A stretch of 64,000 nt of DNA. Source: an uncultured Prevotella sp. (GTDB taxonomy: Bacteria; Bacteroidota; Bacteroidia; Bacteroidales; Bacteroidaceae). Where the stretch lies: positions 18,404 through 82,403 of the forward strand of contig CALFGU010000117.1 of the NCBI GenBank assembly GCA_937877685.1, in the 5' to 3' direction. Positions 51,545 to 62,546 of the stretch are shown here, one piece after another (positions within the stretch are counted from its first letter, which is position 1; every line of letters starts with the position of its first letter). A program made the translations under genes and the position numbers. The notes under the pieces are model-generated. The model was not told the origin of the DNA and ran no database searches. It worked only from the letters and a program-made list of their open reading frames with translations.

Positions 51545-53290
51545 TTAGAGACCCAAGTCCTTCTTGATTTCTTCCACCTTGCCCAAAGCCTTTTCAATCA
51601 ATGCGGGATATTCACATGAGCACTTCATGCTATCCTTGATTTCACAATAGAACTTAATCTTGGGTTCGGTACCTGAAGGACGTACGCTAATCTTCGTTCC
51701 GTCCTCGCAGAAGAACTGCAAAACGTTGCTTGTAGCGGGGAAGTCCAACTTTGTTTCGTTGCCTAAGTTATCCTTTGCAACGAGACTTTGATAATCCTTC
51801 GTTAATACAACAGGACTTCCAGCAATTGTCTTAGGAGCTTTCTCACCACGGAAATCTGCCATCATTTGTTTGATTTCGTCTGCACCAGACTTACCAGGCT
51901 TAGTTACATTAATAGTGTGTTCGAAACTGAAACCATATTCCTTATAGATGTCCATCAATAAGTCATAGAGCGTCTTGCCTTGGTCTTTTGCCCATGCTGC
52001 GATTTCGCAAATCAAGCAGATGCTGGCAGGAGCGTCCTTGTCACGCACCTTGTCGTAAGGCAAGAAACCGAAACTTTCTTCACCACCACCAATGTACTTC
52101 TGCTTGCCTTCTGAAATAGCAATTTCACGTGCAATCCATTTAAAGCCAGTATAACAATCGCGAAGCTCAACGTTGTTCTTCTTCGCCATTTCAGCAATAA
52201 CTTCTGTGGTAACAATTGTCTTCACAAGGAAGTCGCTGTCCTTCAACTGACCGAGCGCAATCTTATTCTTGATGATGTAGTAAACAAACATCATTGCAGT
52301 CTGATTACCATTGATAATCTGCCATTCTCCCTGAGGATTGCGACAAACAATCGCCAAACGGTCGGCATCGGGGTCTGTAGCCACAACGAGGTCAGCGTTC
52401 AACTTTGTACCGAGGTTCATACCGAGCGTCATTGCTTCCGCATTTTCGGGGTTGGGACTGACAACGGTGGGGAAGTCACCGTCAACAATCATTTGTTCGG
52501 GAACAACGTTGATATTCTGGAATCCCCATGAACGCAAGCAAAGGGGTACGATAACACGACCTGTTCCGTGCATTGCACTGTAAACGATGTTCAAATCCTT
52601 TTGGCGCAAGATGACGTCTTGGTCAATCATAGCTTCCTTAACGGCAGTCATGTAGTCGAAGTCCATTTCACCACCGATAATCTGAATCAAATCCCAGTTG
52701 GCTTCGAACTTCACATCCTCAATCTTTACCTTATTTACTTCGTCAATGATACCCTTATCGTGAGGCGCCAACACCTGAGCACCATCAGCCCAATAAGCCT
52801 TGTAACCATTATATTCCTTGGGATTGTGAGATGCTGTTACGTTAACACCAGCCACAGCACCCAACTGACGGATAGCAAAACTGATTTCGGGAGTGGGACG
52901 GAGGCTTTCAAACAAATAAGCCTTAATGCCGTTAGCACTGAAGATTGCGGCAACACTTTCAGCAAACATGCGTCCGTTGTTACGGCAGTCGTGCCCAACT
53001 ACTACGCTCTGTCCACCTTCGGGGAATGCCTTGTTGATGTAGTTTGCAAAACCCTGAGTAGCCATACCCACGATGTACTTATTCATGCGGTTAGTACCAA
53101 CACCCATTGTGCCACGCAAACCGCCCGTACCGAATTCAAGATTTTGATAAAAGGCATCAATAAGCGGAGTCTTGTCTTCGCTTTCCAACATTGCCTTAAC
53201 TTCTGCCTGAGTTTCTGCGTCAAAGTAAGGAGATGTTGCCCACACTTGAGCCACTTGCTCACAATTTTGAATAAGTTCCTTGTTTTCCAT
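51545..53290 (-). CDS. pgm: Phosphoglucomutase/phosphomannomutase
   Basis: FGTGGLRG, TASHNP, DPDADR and GGEES motifs. Confidence 0.92.
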   Translation of the reverse strand: MENKELIQNCEQVAQVWATSPYFDAETQAEVKAMLESEDKTPLIDAFYQNLEFGTGGLRGTMGVGTNRMNKYIVGMATQGFANYINKAFPEGGQSVVVGHDCRNNGRMFAESVAAIFSANGIKAYLFESLRPTPEISFAIRQLGAVAGVNVTASHNPKEYNGYKAYWADGAQVLAPHDKGIIDEVNKVKIEDVKFEANWDLIQIIGGEMDFDYMTAVKEAMIDQDVILRQKDLNIVYSAMHGTGRVIVPLCLRSWGFQNINVVPEQMIVDGDFPTVVSPNPENAEAMTLGMNLGTKLNADLVVATDPDADRLAIVCRNPQGEWQIINGNQTAMMFVYYIIKNKIALGQLKDSDFLVKTIVTTEVIAEMAKKNNVELRDCYTGFKWIAREIAISEGKQKYIGGGEESFGFLPYDKVRDKDAPASICLICEIAAWAKDQGKTLYDLLMDIYKEYGFSFEHTINVTKPGKSGADEIKQMMADFRGEKAPKTIAGSPVVLTKDYQSLVAKDNLGNETKLDFPATSNVLQFFCEDGTKISVRPSGTEPKIKFYCEIKDSMKCSCEYPALIEKALGKVEEIKKDLGL

Positions 53291-53881
53291 ATTTTGAAAA
53301 ATTTAATGTGTATAGAATCTTGTGTTTTTTGTGTAGCATATCTTAAAGAAAGAAGCACTACACTCTGCAAATGTACAATTTTTTTTTGAATAATAATATT
53401 ATGAACAAAAAACCAATAATATAATATTGAACTTCACGATATTACTTGCTTATAAATTTAGTTTTAATTGGTTTTCTAGTCACACTTTTGTAATCTATAT
53501 TTGGGTTTGATAATGTTCGGAATAATACAGGAATAGATGTTGTTATATAAATAATAAGTCAATATGTGTTAGAAGTATGCTGTAAATTAATCCTAATATT
53601 AACAGAATTAAGTCTAACTTAAGAAAAACTATTTAAAACATAATTCTGCCTAAAATAGATTTAATGATTCTTGTCCAAGATTAAATGAAAAAGGGGAATT
53701 AAATATTGTTTTGAATGTGTAAAATAGAGTGAAACAATGCACACAATATTTATATAATGAAGATGTTTAACAGACTTGAAACAAACTCTAATTTACTTGA
53801 ATTACTTTTCTTTTGAGTCGAAAAGATATGTTTGTTGTGAATTTATGTAAGTAAAAGGTGTTGTTTTTATTGATTTTGTTT

Positions 53882-53889
53882 TATCTTTG
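53882..53889 (+). promoter_or_regulatory. -7 promoter element for acn-icd-gltA
   Basis: TATCTTTG matches TAnnTTTG. Confidence 0.55.
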
Positions 53890-53962
53890 CGCTTGCTCAG
53901 TGATAAAATGTCACTATTGCCCTATAAAAATTAATTGTAATCCAAAAACTACTAACTTAACT

Positions 53963-56179
53963 ATGATTTTTGATATTGATTTTATACGCAACCATTATGC
54001 TACATTTAGTAAACGTGTTGCCACTATACGTGAAAAGGTTGGACGTCCTTTAACTTTATCTGAAAAGGTTTTGTATGCCCATCTTTATAATCCCAATGAT
54101 TCATTAGAAACAACTTATGCAAACTTCCGCCCCGACCGTGTAGCAATGCAAGACGCTACGGCGCAGATGGCGTTGCTTCAGTTTATGAATGCGGGTATGG
54201 ACAAGTCTGCCGTGCCTGCTACAATACATTGCGACCATTTGATATGTGCATGTGAAGGTAGTAAGGTGGATTTACCTTGTGCAATCAACGAAAATGCTGA
54301 AGTATATGATTTTTTAAAAGGTGCGGCAGCTCGTTATGGCATGGGATTTTGGGCACCTGGCGCAGGTATTATCCATCAAGTTGTGTTGGAAAACTATGCT
54401 TTCCCTGGTGGTATGATGGTTGGAACAGACTCTCACACACCTAATGCTGGTGGTCTTGGCATGATTGCGATTGGTGTGGGTGGCGCTGATGCCGTTGACG
54501 TACTTACAGGAATGGAATGGGAATTGCGCATTCCGCGTCGTATTGGTGTGCGCTTAACAGGAAGTCTTCATTCATGGGCAGCGCCAAAGGATGTTATCTT
54601 AAAACTTGCTGGTATTTTAACTGTTAAGGGCGGAACAAACGCTATTATTGAGTACTTTGGTGAAGGCACAAAAACTCTTTCATGTACGGGTAAGGCAACA
54701 ATATGCAATATGGGCGCTGAAGTTGGGGCAACAACAAGTATTTTCCCCTACGATGAACGTATGTCTGTATACTTAAGAGGTACATGTCGTGCTGAAGTTG
54801 CAGAATTGGCAGATAGTGTTGCTACAGACCTTTGTGCTGACCCAGAAGTGTTAGCGAATCCTGAAACCTATTATGATGAACTGATTGAAATCAATCTTTC
54901 AGAATTAGTGCCATATATCAATGGTCCCTTTACTCCTGATGCAGCCACTTCTGTGAATGAAATGAAGACTTATGTCGCTGAGAAAGATTATCCTGAAAAG
55001 GTGGAAGTGGCACTCATTGGATCGTGTACAAATTCTTCTTATGAAGACTTGATGCGTGCAGCATCTGTTGCAAAACAAGCACTTGATGCAGGATTGAAAC
55101 CTCAGGCACAACTCATTATTAATCCAGGTTCAGAATTGATTCGCGCAACAGCTGAACGCGATGGATTATTGCAGACACTTCGAGATGCTGGTGCAATTGA
55201 AATGACCAATGCTTGTGGACCTTGTATCGGACAGTGGAAACGTAAAACTTCTGACCCCACGAAGCGTAATTCTATAGTTACAACCTTCAATCGTAACTTT
55301 GCGAAACGTGCCGACGGAAATCCCAATACGCATGCCTTTATCGTATCTCCTGAAATGGCTGTTGCACTTACATTCGCTGGTAAGTTAACCTTTAATCCAT
55401 TAACTGATACTATTGATGAATTTAAGTTTTCAGTACCTCAAGGCGATGAATTGCCTACATTAGGTTTTGCCACATGTGACAAAGGTTACGTCGCTCCACA
55501 AGATGGTGCAGAAGAACCTTATATTAACCCTGAAAGTAAACGTTTGCAACGCCTTGAACGTTTCGGTGCTTGGGATGGACAGGATTTCGTAAAGCTCCCC
55601 TTGTTGATTAAAACGAAAGGTAAATGTACAACGGACCATATATCAATGGCTGGACCTTGGTTACGTTATCGTGGACACCTTGAAAACATTTCTGAAAACT
55701 GCTTGATGGGCGCTGTGAATGCTTTTACGGGTGAAACAAATGCTGTGAAGAATCAACATAGTCAAGCAACAACTACCGTTCATAAAGCAGCGTTAGACTA
55801 CAAAGCAAATGGAGGTTGTATTGTTGTGGCTGAAGAAAATTATGGTGAAGGTAGCAGTCGTGAACATGCTGCAATGGAACCTCGATTCTTAGGCATACGT
55901 GCAATTATAGCAAAGAGTTTTGCACGCATACATGAAACAAACTTGAAGAAGCAAGGGGTATTGGCGCTTACCTTTAAGAATCCTACTGATTATGACAAGA
56001 TTCAAGAAAGCGACCGCTTAAGCATTAACGTTTCAATGATTCAACCTGACAATACATTGACCGTGACTTTGACCCATGCTGATGGTACTGCTGAAAATAT
56101 TGAAGTGATTCACACGTATAACCATCAACAAATTGAATGGTTTAAGGCAGGGGCAGCATTAAATGTTTCAAGGAAGTAA
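53963..56179 (+). CDS. acnA: Aconitate hydratase
   Basis: [24 protein letters not shown] and GSSREHA motifs; ATG at 53963. Confidence 0.93.
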   Translation: MIFDIDFIRNHYATFSKRVATIREKVGRPLTLSEKVLYAHLYNPNDSLETTYANFRPDRVAMQDATAQMALLQFMNAGMDKSAVPATIHCDHLICACEGSKVDLPCAINENAEVYDFLKGAAARYGMGFWAPGAGIIHQVVLENYAFPGGMMVGTDSHTPNAGGLGMIAIGVGGADAVDVLTGMEWELRIPRRIGVRLTGSLHSWAAPKDVILKLAGILTVKGGTNAIIEYFGEGTKTLSCTGKATICNMGAEVGATTSIFPYDERMSVYLRGTCRAEVAELADSVATDLCADPEVLANPETYYDELIEINLSELVPYINGPFTPDAATSVNEMKTYVAEKDYPEKVEVALIGSCTNSSYEDLMRAASVAKQALDAGLKPQAQLIINPGSELIRATAERDGLLQTLRDAGAIEMTNACGPCIGQWKRKTSDPTKRNSIVTTFNRNFAKRADGNPNTHAFIVSPEMAVALTFAGKLTFNPLTDTIDEFKFSVPQGDELPTLGFATCDKGYVAPQDGAEEPYINPESKRLQRLERFGAWDGQDFVKLPLLIKTKGKCTTDHISMAGPWLRYRGHLENISENCLMGAVNAFTGETNAVKNQHSQATTTVHKAALDYKANGGCIVVAEENYGEGSSREHAAMEPRFLGIRAIIAKSFARIHETNLKKQGVLALTFKNPTDYDKIQESDRLSINVSMIQPDNTLTVTLTHADGTAENIEVIHTYNHQQIEWFKAGAALNVSRK

Positions 56180-56285
56180 ATTTCGATAAACCAGGAACAA
56201 GGTTAGAAGAAAAGAGTAGATAGATATCTGTGTTTCAGTTTAGAGATTCTTTTCAAGACGTTGTTCTGTTATATAAATAGACATT

Positions 56286-57437
56286 ATGCAAACAATAACC
56301 ATACCCTATATTGTAGGCGACGGCGTAGGAGCAGAAATTACTCCTGCAATGCTAAAGGTTGTAAATGCCGCCGTTGAAAAATGTTATCAAGGCGAGAAAT
56401 CCATTGACTGGAAAGAAGTTCTTGCTGGCGAAAAGGCATATAATGCCGTTGGTAATTACCTTCCTGAAGAAACACTCGAGACATTCAAAAACTATAAAAT
56501 CGGAATTAAGGGACCGCTCACAACTCCTGTCGGTGGAGGTATGCGCTCATTAAATGTTGCCCTTCGTCAAACTCTTGACCTATATGTTTGTCAGCGCCCT
56601 ATGAGATGGTTTAAGGGAGTAGATTCTCCCGTAAAGCATCCTGAACGTGTAAATATGGTTGTTTTCCGTGAAAATACGGAAGATATTTATGCAGGCATAG
56701 AGTGGGCGGCTGGTACGCCTGAAGCACAAAAGGTGTATAAGTTCCTGAACGAAGAAATGGGGGTGAGTAAAGTGCGCTTTCCTGAAACTTCCGCTTTTGG
56801 TATCAAACCTGTATCGCAAGAAGGTACAGAGCGCCTTGTACGTTCGGCATGTTTATACGCTCTTGAAAACAACCTTCCTTCAGTGACTCTTGTTCATAAG
56901 GGTAACATCATGAAATTTACCGAAGGTGGTTTCAAAAAATGGGGATACGAACTCGCAGAGCGTGAATTTGGAGACGCAATTAAGAGTGGCAGACTGACTA
57001 TCAATGATTGTATTGCCGATGCCTTTCTTCAAAATGCGTTGTTAAAACCTGAAGCTTATAGTGTGATTGCAACGCTCAATCTCAATGGGGACTATGTGAG
57101 CGATATGCTTGCTGCACAAGTTGGAGGCATAGGTATTGCTCCTGGAGCAAATATTAATTACGTCACGAAGACTGCAATTTTTGAAGCCACTCACGGCACA
57201 GCGCCTGACATTGCAGGTAAAAACATTGCCAATCCTTGTTCCATCATATTGTCTGCTGTCATGATGCTTGAGTTTATAGGTTGGAAAGAAGCGGCTGATT
57301 GCATTTACAAAGCGCTTGAGACATCATTTGAAAATGGTTATGCCACTAACGACTTGGCTCGCTTTATGATAAATGGTAAACCGTTGGGTACAAGTGAATT
57401 TGCTGAAAAACTTGTGGCATTTATTCAATCAAATTAA
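56286..57437 (+). CDS. icd: NADP-dependent isocitrate dehydrogenase
   Basis: [28 protein letters not shown] and NLNGDYVSD motifs. Confidence 0.95.
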   Translation: MQTITIPYIVGDGVGAEITPAMLKVVNAAVEKCYQGEKSIDWKEVLAGEKAYNAVGNYLPEETLETFKNYKIGIKGPLTTPVGGGMRSLNVALRQTLDLYVCQRPMRWFKGVDSPVKHPERVNMVVFRENTEDIYAGIEWAAGTPEAQKVYKFLNEEMGVSKVRFPETSAFGIKPVSQEGTERLVRSACLYALENNLPSVTLVHKGNIMKFTEGGFKKWGYELAEREFGDAIKSGRLTINDCIADAFLQNALLKPEAYSVIATLNLNGDYVSDMLAAQVGGIGIAPGANINYVTKTAIFEATHGTAPDIAGKNIANPCSIILSAVMMLEFIGWKEAADCIYKALETSFENGYATNDLARFMINGKPLGTSEFAEKLVAFIQSN

Positions 57438-57524
57438 GTGTGTGATTAGTTGAACCTTTTCTCTCTATTCACACAAACTTAATTTTCAATCTACAACACA
57501 CTATTATTAAACTATTGACTAAAC

Positions 57525-58871
57525 ATGAAGAAGAAAGAATATATTGTTTACAAACTCTCTGACGAGATGAAGAGTTGCATCAAAATTGATGCTGACTTAT
57601 TTCAGAAACTTGACGTAAAGCGTGGGTTGCGTAATGAAGATGGGACTGGGGTGTTAGTGGGACTCACGAATATTGGTAATGTTGTTGGTTATGAACGTAC
57701 AACTGACGGATTGAAACCCATTGACGGTCAATTATATTACAGAGGTTATGAAATCCAGGACCTTGCTCATGCAATCATGAATGAGAAGCGTTTTGGTTTT
57801 GAAGAAATTGCCTATCTCCTTCTTTCAGGAAAGTTGCCCGACCCTGAGGAACTTCATGACTTCCGAGCATTATTGATTGATAACATGCCCTTGGAGCAAA
57901 AGACCATCTTACACATCATTGAGTTGGAAGGCAACAACATCATGAACATCCTTTCACGCAGTGTCTTGGAATTGTATACTTTCGATACCACTCCCGATGA
58001 CACTTCGCGTGACAACTTGATGCGTCAGAGTGTTGAACTTGTGTCGAAGTTCCCAACAATCATCGCTTATGCCTACAATATGTTGCGCCATAAGTCCTTG
58101 GGGCGTTCGCTTCACATTCGTCATGCTCAAGCCAATTACTCTATAGCCGAAAACTTCCTTTACATGCTTAAGGGTAAAGGTTTCACCAATCTTGAAGCAC
58201 GTACGCTTGACCTTTTGCTCATACTTCATGCTGAGCATGGAGGGGGTAATAACTCAACGTTTACGGTTCGTGTAACTTCTTCAACAGGAACGGATACGTA
58301 TTCATCAATAGCAGCAGGGATTGGTTCTTTGAAAGGTCCCAAGCATGGTGGTGCCAACATTAAGGTAACCGATATGGTTGAACACTTGAAGAAGAATATC
58401 TGTAATTGGGAAGATGAATTAGAAATCAAGCGTTATCTCACCCGCCTCCTTCGCAAGGAAGTTTATGACCGTGCAGGGCTTATTTACGGAATCGGTCATG
58501 CTGTATATACGCTGTCCGACCCCCGTGCACTTTTGCTTAAAGAAATGGCGCGTGAGTTAGCACATGAAAAGGGACGTGATCGCGAATTTGCTTTCCTCGA
58601 ACGCCTTGAGCGCTTGGCCATTGAAACATTCTACGAGGTTCGTGGGGATAAGAAAAAGTTATGTGCAAATATTGACCTCTACTCAGGATTTGTTTATGAC
58701 ATGATTGGCATTCCTCAAGAAATTTATACGCCACTCTTCGCTATGGCTCGTATTGTTGGTTGGTGTGCACACCGCAATGAAGAATTAAACTTCGAAGGCA
58801 AACGAATCATTCGTCCTGCTTATCGCTGTGTGGTTGACGAAATGAGTTACGTTCCTCTTGAAAACAGATAA
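57525..58871 (+). CDS. gltA: Citrate synthase
   Basis: HAEHGGGNNST, GPKHGGAN, GIGHAVY and ANIDLYSG motifs. Confidence 0.93.
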   Translation: MKKKEYIVYKLSDEMKSCIKIDADLFQKLDVKRGLRNEDGTGVLVGLTNIGNVVGYERTTDGLKPIDGQLYYRGYEIQDLAHAIMNEKRFGFEEIAYLLLSGKLPDPEELHDFRALLIDNMPLEQKTILHIIELEGNNIMNILSRSVLELYTFDTTPDDTSRDNLMRQSVELVSKFPTIIAYAYNMLRHKSLGRSLHIRHAQANYSIAENFLYMLKGKGFTNLEARTLDLLLILHAEHGGGNNSTFTVRVTSSTGTDTYSSIAAGIGSLKGPKHGGANIKVTDMVEHLKKNICNWEDELEIKRYLTRLLRKEVYDRAGLIYGIGHAVYTLSDPRALLLKEMARELAHEKGRDREFAFLERLERLAIETFYEVRGDKKKLCANIDLYSGFVYDMIGIPQEIYTPLFAMARIVGWCAHRNEELNFEGKRIIRPAYRCVVDEMSYVPLENR

Positions 58872-58883
58872 TTTAAAGAAGAT

Positions 58884-58920
58884 GACAAGTTGGTGTGGAG
58901 TAATACTTCATCAACTTGTC
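58884..58920 (+). terminator. Stem-loop downstream of gltA
   Basis: GACAAGTTG...CAACTTGTC. Confidence 0.55.
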
Positions 58921-59122
58921 TCTTATTCTATAAATAGATTGGGTGCAGAGAATTAAGAACTGAGTATAACTGCCGTACTGATGAATTATTCTTCAAATTT
59001 AATTATGTACTGTGTTTAAAGAATCTAAGATTGTAAAAATTCTTAGTTATATTACAAAAACTCTTTAAGATATCCCCTTACCTCTTTCCCATTTCATTTT
59101 TTACCTTTAACCTTTTATAACT

Positions 59123-60469
59123 ATGCGTCATCAAGAGATTCTACAACGAATGGGCTTTACCGAATTAACTCACATGCAGAAAAGTATGTATGAAGAGGTG
59201 TTAAAGGGTAAAGACACTGTGCTGCTTTCGCCTACGGGTAGCGGTAAAACAATGGCATTTCTACTGCCTATAATAACTAAGTTAGAAGCAACATCAACAA
59301 AAGATAATTTACAGATTCTTGTCATTGTCCCTTCTCGCGAACTAGCACAGCAGACTGACGACGTGTTCAAACGCATGAGGACTTCCTTTCGTTCGTTAGC
59401 GCTCCATGGTGGACGCCCCACAATGGAGGAGCATCGCAAACTGAATGCCGTTAAACCTCATGTTGTGTTTACCACCCCAGGACGTCTTAATGACCATTTG
59501 ATGAAGGAAAACATTATCGGTGGTCTTGTCACAACGCTCATTATTGACGAGTTTGACAAATGCCTCGAACTCGGTTTTATGGTTGAGATGGAGGCCATCA
59601 TGAAGCAATTAAAGTTTATCAAGCAGGTTGTCTTTACTTCCGCAACAGAGCTTCGTGACGAACAAACCGACGATTCCTTCCTCTTCAAAAGATGGCGAAG
59701 CGCTCAAACGCTTAATTTTATCACCTCCACCTCTGACGAAGGTCCGAAAAACTCCGTCACATGGCATGTCACACCCTCTCCCGAGAAAGACAAATTAAAC
59801 ACGCTTTCCCGCCTGCTCTCTCATCTTAAGGGGGTGCCCACCATTGTTTTTGTGGCACATCGTGAAAGCGCCGATCGCATCTACTCACATCTACACAATC
59901 TTAATTTCCATCTCTCGTGTTATCATGGAGGAATGGAGCAAGAGACCCGAGAGAGGTCCTTGTATAAGTTTCGAGCAGGAAGTACCAATATTTTGATTGC
60001 TACAGATTTAGCAGCTCGCGGACTTGATATTCCCGAAGTTGGAGCAGTTATTCATTACCATCTTCCCTCCGATGAAGAAACGCTCACGCATCGTTCAGGT
60101 CGAACTGCTCGTTGGACATCTAGCGGTAGCATTCATCTCATCCTCGGTCCTGAAGAAACCCTGCCACCATTTTATCCCTCTGCCTTTACTCCGCTTGATG
60201 TTGACGCAGTTCCCATTGCGCCCACACTCTCATCATGGACAACCCTTTACATCGGTCGAGGCAAGCGTGATAAACTCTCAAAAATGGACATCGTTGGTTT
60301 TCTTTGCAAAAAGGGAGGCGCCCTTGCCTCAGACATCGGTCGCATCGACGTCGCACCCAATTATGCCTACGTTGCCGTAAACCGAAGCGTCGTCACACCC
60401 GTCCTTCAGCGCATCAAAAACGAAAAGATAAAAGGCATGAAAACGCTCATTGAGGAAATGAGAAAGTAA
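59123..60469 (+). CDS. DEAD-box RNA helicase with DbpA-type RNA-binding C-terminus
   Basis: SPTGSGKT, DEFD, SAT, ARGLD and HRSGRTAR motifs; C-terminal IGRGKRDKL. Confidence 0.9.
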   Translation: MRHQEILQRMGFTELTHMQKSMYEEVLKGKDTVLLSPTGSGKTMAFLLPIITKLEATSTKDNLQILVIVPSRELAQQTDDVFKRMRTSFRSLALHGGRPTMEEHRKLNAVKPHVVFTTPGRLNDHLMKENIIGGLVTTLIIDEFDKCLELGFMVEMEAIMKQLKFIKQVVFTSATELRDEQTDDSFLFKRWRSAQTLNFITSTSDEGPKNSVTWHVTPSPEKDKLNTLSRLLSHLKGVPTIVFVAHRESADRIYSHLHNLNFHLSCYHGGMEQETRERSLYKFRAGSTNILIATDLAARGLDIPEVGAVIHYHLPSDEETLTHRSGRTARWTSSGSIHLILGPEETLPPFYPSAFTPLDVDAVPIAPTLSSWTTLYIGRGKRDKLSKMDIVGFLCKKGGALASDIGRIDVAPNYAYVAVNRSVVTPVLQRIKNEKIKGMKTLIEEMRK

Positions 60470-60473
60470 CGTA

Positions 60474-60616
60474 TTAACGGTGAAAGGTGAACGTGAAAGT
60501 TTAACGTTTAACGTTTAAAGACTATGCGGAGTGACAGCATTGCGCCAGCCTCTTCGTTAAAACGTTAATCGTTAATCTTTCCTCGTTCACCTTTCACTTT
60601 AACCGTTCACCGTTAA
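60474..60616. repeat. Inverted arrays of short (about 7-bp) repeats
   Basis: TTAACGGTGAAAGGTGAACG...TTTAACG arms opposed to CGTTAA...TTCACCGTTAA arms. Confidence 0.65.
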
Positions 60617-60727
60617 TCGTTCCCATCAAATATCTCACTGCAAACCCAACGTATGTGAAATATTATAATTAATTTTGCAACATATTACAGTTTTTTAATC
60701 CGCTTAAAGATAAAAAATATCAACGAA

Positions 60728-61519
60728 ATGAAAAAGATACCCCTTCTTCTCGCCATCGCCACACTCGTGTTTGCATCATGTAACACGAAGGAAAAGGTAG
60801 TTTATTTCCAAGACCTTTCAGCAACAGAGGTCATCGCCACACAAAGTGTTGACTATCTCACCTTCCAACCTGGCGACCGCATGACCATCGTCGTCACAAG
60901 CAGTCTCACCCCCGACGCCGCCGTGAGTTTCAATCTCCCTATCGTCACCATGCAGGCAGGGTCAATCACTGGGCAAAATTACTCCAACCAAATGTCATAT
61001 TATACGGTTGAGCCCAACGGCATGATCGACCTCCCAGGTATTGGGCAAGTCAAGGCTGAGGGCAAGACGCGTGCCGAGCTCACCGCAACGATTCAGGAAA
61101 AATTGCGCGCAGGCCTGCTTAACGACGCCATCGTCACCATCAACCCCGTAAATCATTACGTCACCGTGCTTGGCGAAGTTAAGACCCCCAACCGCTTTCT
61201 CCTCAATCGTGACAACGTCACTCTCCTTGAAGTCATCGGCATGGCGGGCGACCTCACCATTCAGGGCGACCGTAGCAATGTCCTTGTGATGCGAACCGAA
61301 AACGGTCAAGTAACTAACTATCACGTTGACCTCCGCTCAAAGAGCGTTATGGCATCACCCGTTTATTACCTCAAGCAAAATGATGTGGTCTATGTACAGC
61401 CCAATGAAGTCAAGAGCAACCAGTCAACTAACAATGGTAATAGCATCCGACAAATCTCAACATGGCTCTCGCTACTCTCATTTATCACAACAACTATAAT
61501 TCTAATCAAGAACTGGTAA
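60728..61519 (+). CDS. Polysaccharide export outer-membrane lipoprotein (Wza/OPX family)
   Basis: Lipobox FASC, PGDRM, GMIDLPGIG, VLGEVKTP and SLBB MAGDLT motifs. Confidence 0.9.
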   Translation: MKKIPLLLAIATLVFASCNTKEKVVYFQDLSATEVIATQSVDYLTFQPGDRMTIVVTSSLTPDAAVSFNLPIVTMQAGSITGQNYSNQMSYYTVEPNGMIDLPGIGQVKAEGKTRAELTATIQEKLRAGLLNDAIVTINPVNHYVTVLGEVKTPNRFLLNRDNVTLLEVIGMAGDLTIQGDRSNVLVMRTENGQVTNYHVDLRSKSVMASPVYYLKQNDVVYVQPNEVKSNQSTNNGNSIRQISTWLSLLSFITTTIILIKNW

Positions 61520-61585
61520 TATTAGGTAACGTCCATTTATATTACTCCCAAAAGTGTGTTTTAAAACACACTTTTTATTTTTAAG

Positions 61586-61768
61586 TATTGCTGTCCGGTA
61601 AAGTTTTTGAGAAGTAACGACCTGAAAGACCATTAAGCACCCGGCCCAGGGCGTTGCCCTGGACTAATGGCTTTATCCCCTTTCAGGGGAATAATGCAAA
61701 CTGTGGGGTTTATACCATTCAAACAACTTTATGTACATAGAGTTAGAAGCGTTTACCGGACAGCAATA
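61586..61768. mobile_element. 183-bp MITE with 17-bp TIRs and a 9-bp target-site duplication
   Basis: TATTGCTGTCCGGTAAA / TTTACCGGACAGCAATA, flanked by ATTTTTAAG at 61577-61585 and 61769-61777. Confidence 0.85.
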
Positions 61769-61803
61769 ATTTTTAAGTGATTCTTTCTGATAAATCACCG
61801 AAA

Positions 61804-61859
61804 AAAGTAAAGTGAACCCCAAAAGCAAGATAAAAAACTTTTGGGGTTCACTTTACTTT
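61804..61859. terminator. 22-bp perfect inverted repeat between convergent genes
   Basis: AAAGTAAAGTGAACCCCAAAAG / CTTTTGGGGTTCACTTTACTTT with a 12-nt loop. Confidence 0.65.
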
Positions 61860-61883
61860 AGTTTCTAGGGAGTTTTGTGTTTC

Positions 61884-62396
61884 CTACGCTTTGACCAATT
61901 TAATTTTCCCGCCTTCATAAACAGCGAAGGAGGGAGGGTTGCCAGCTTTGGGGAAAGTGACGGAACCGACGTTGCAGATGATTTTACCTGCGGGCGACTT
62001 GTAGAGTTCCTTCACGTGGGTGTGACCGTAGAAGAGGGCGTCGAAGTGGAGGTGTGCTGTGTTCTCAGGATTGTACTTGTGTCCGTGAGTGAGCAATAGG
62101 CGCTTGCCTTCATCCACTACGATGGCATAGTCTGCCATGATGGGGAAGTGGAGGAGCATTTGGTCGACCTCGCTATCGCAATTTCCTCGGATGGCGATGA
62201 TGCGGTTTGCCAGAGCATTGAGTTTTTCCGCAACGCTCTGAGGATTGTGCCCCTCGGGTATAGAATTACGGGGGCCGAAGTTGAGAAGGTCGCCAAGGAG
62301 GAGGAGCATGTCGCATTGCTCACGGTGGAAGTAGGCGATGACCTTGTCAAGGGCGGCTTCGGAACCGTGGATGTCGGAGACTATGAGGTATTTCAT
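61884..62396 (-). CDS. yfcE: YfcE-type metallophosphodiesterase
   Basis: SDIHG, LGDLL, RGNCDSEVDQ, THGH and GHTH motifs. Confidence 0.9.
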   Translation of the reverse strand: MKYLIVSDIHGSEAALDKVIAYFHREQCDMLLLLGDLLNFGPRNSIPEGHNPQSVAEKLNALANRIIAIRGNCDSEVDQMLLHFPIMADYAIVVDEGKRLLLTHGHKYNPENTAHLHFDALFYGHTHVKELYKSPAGKIICNVGSVTFPKAGNPPSFAVYEGGKIKLVKA

Positions 62397-62400
62397 GGGG

Positions 62401-62535
62401 AACGGTTAACGTTTAAGGTTTAACGTTTAAGGTTTAACGTTTAAGAGTTTAGCGTTTAGGGTTTAATGATTAATAGTGCATCTTATGATTTTAGATAGAA
62501 GTCCGTTAAACGTTAAACCCTAAACGTTAAAAGTT
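62401..62535. repeat. Inverted arrays of TTTAACG/TTTAAGG heptamers
   Basis: TTAACGTTTAAGGTTTAACGTTTAAGG... versus ...CGTTAAACGTTAAACCCTAAACGTTAAA. Confidence 0.7.
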
Positions 62536-62546
62536 ATAACATACTG

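Noticed and set aside
53290..53963. Long AT-rich spacer as a hidden gene or origin
   Set aside because: Explained as the divergent pgm/acn promoter region; no credible ORF or iteron pattern.
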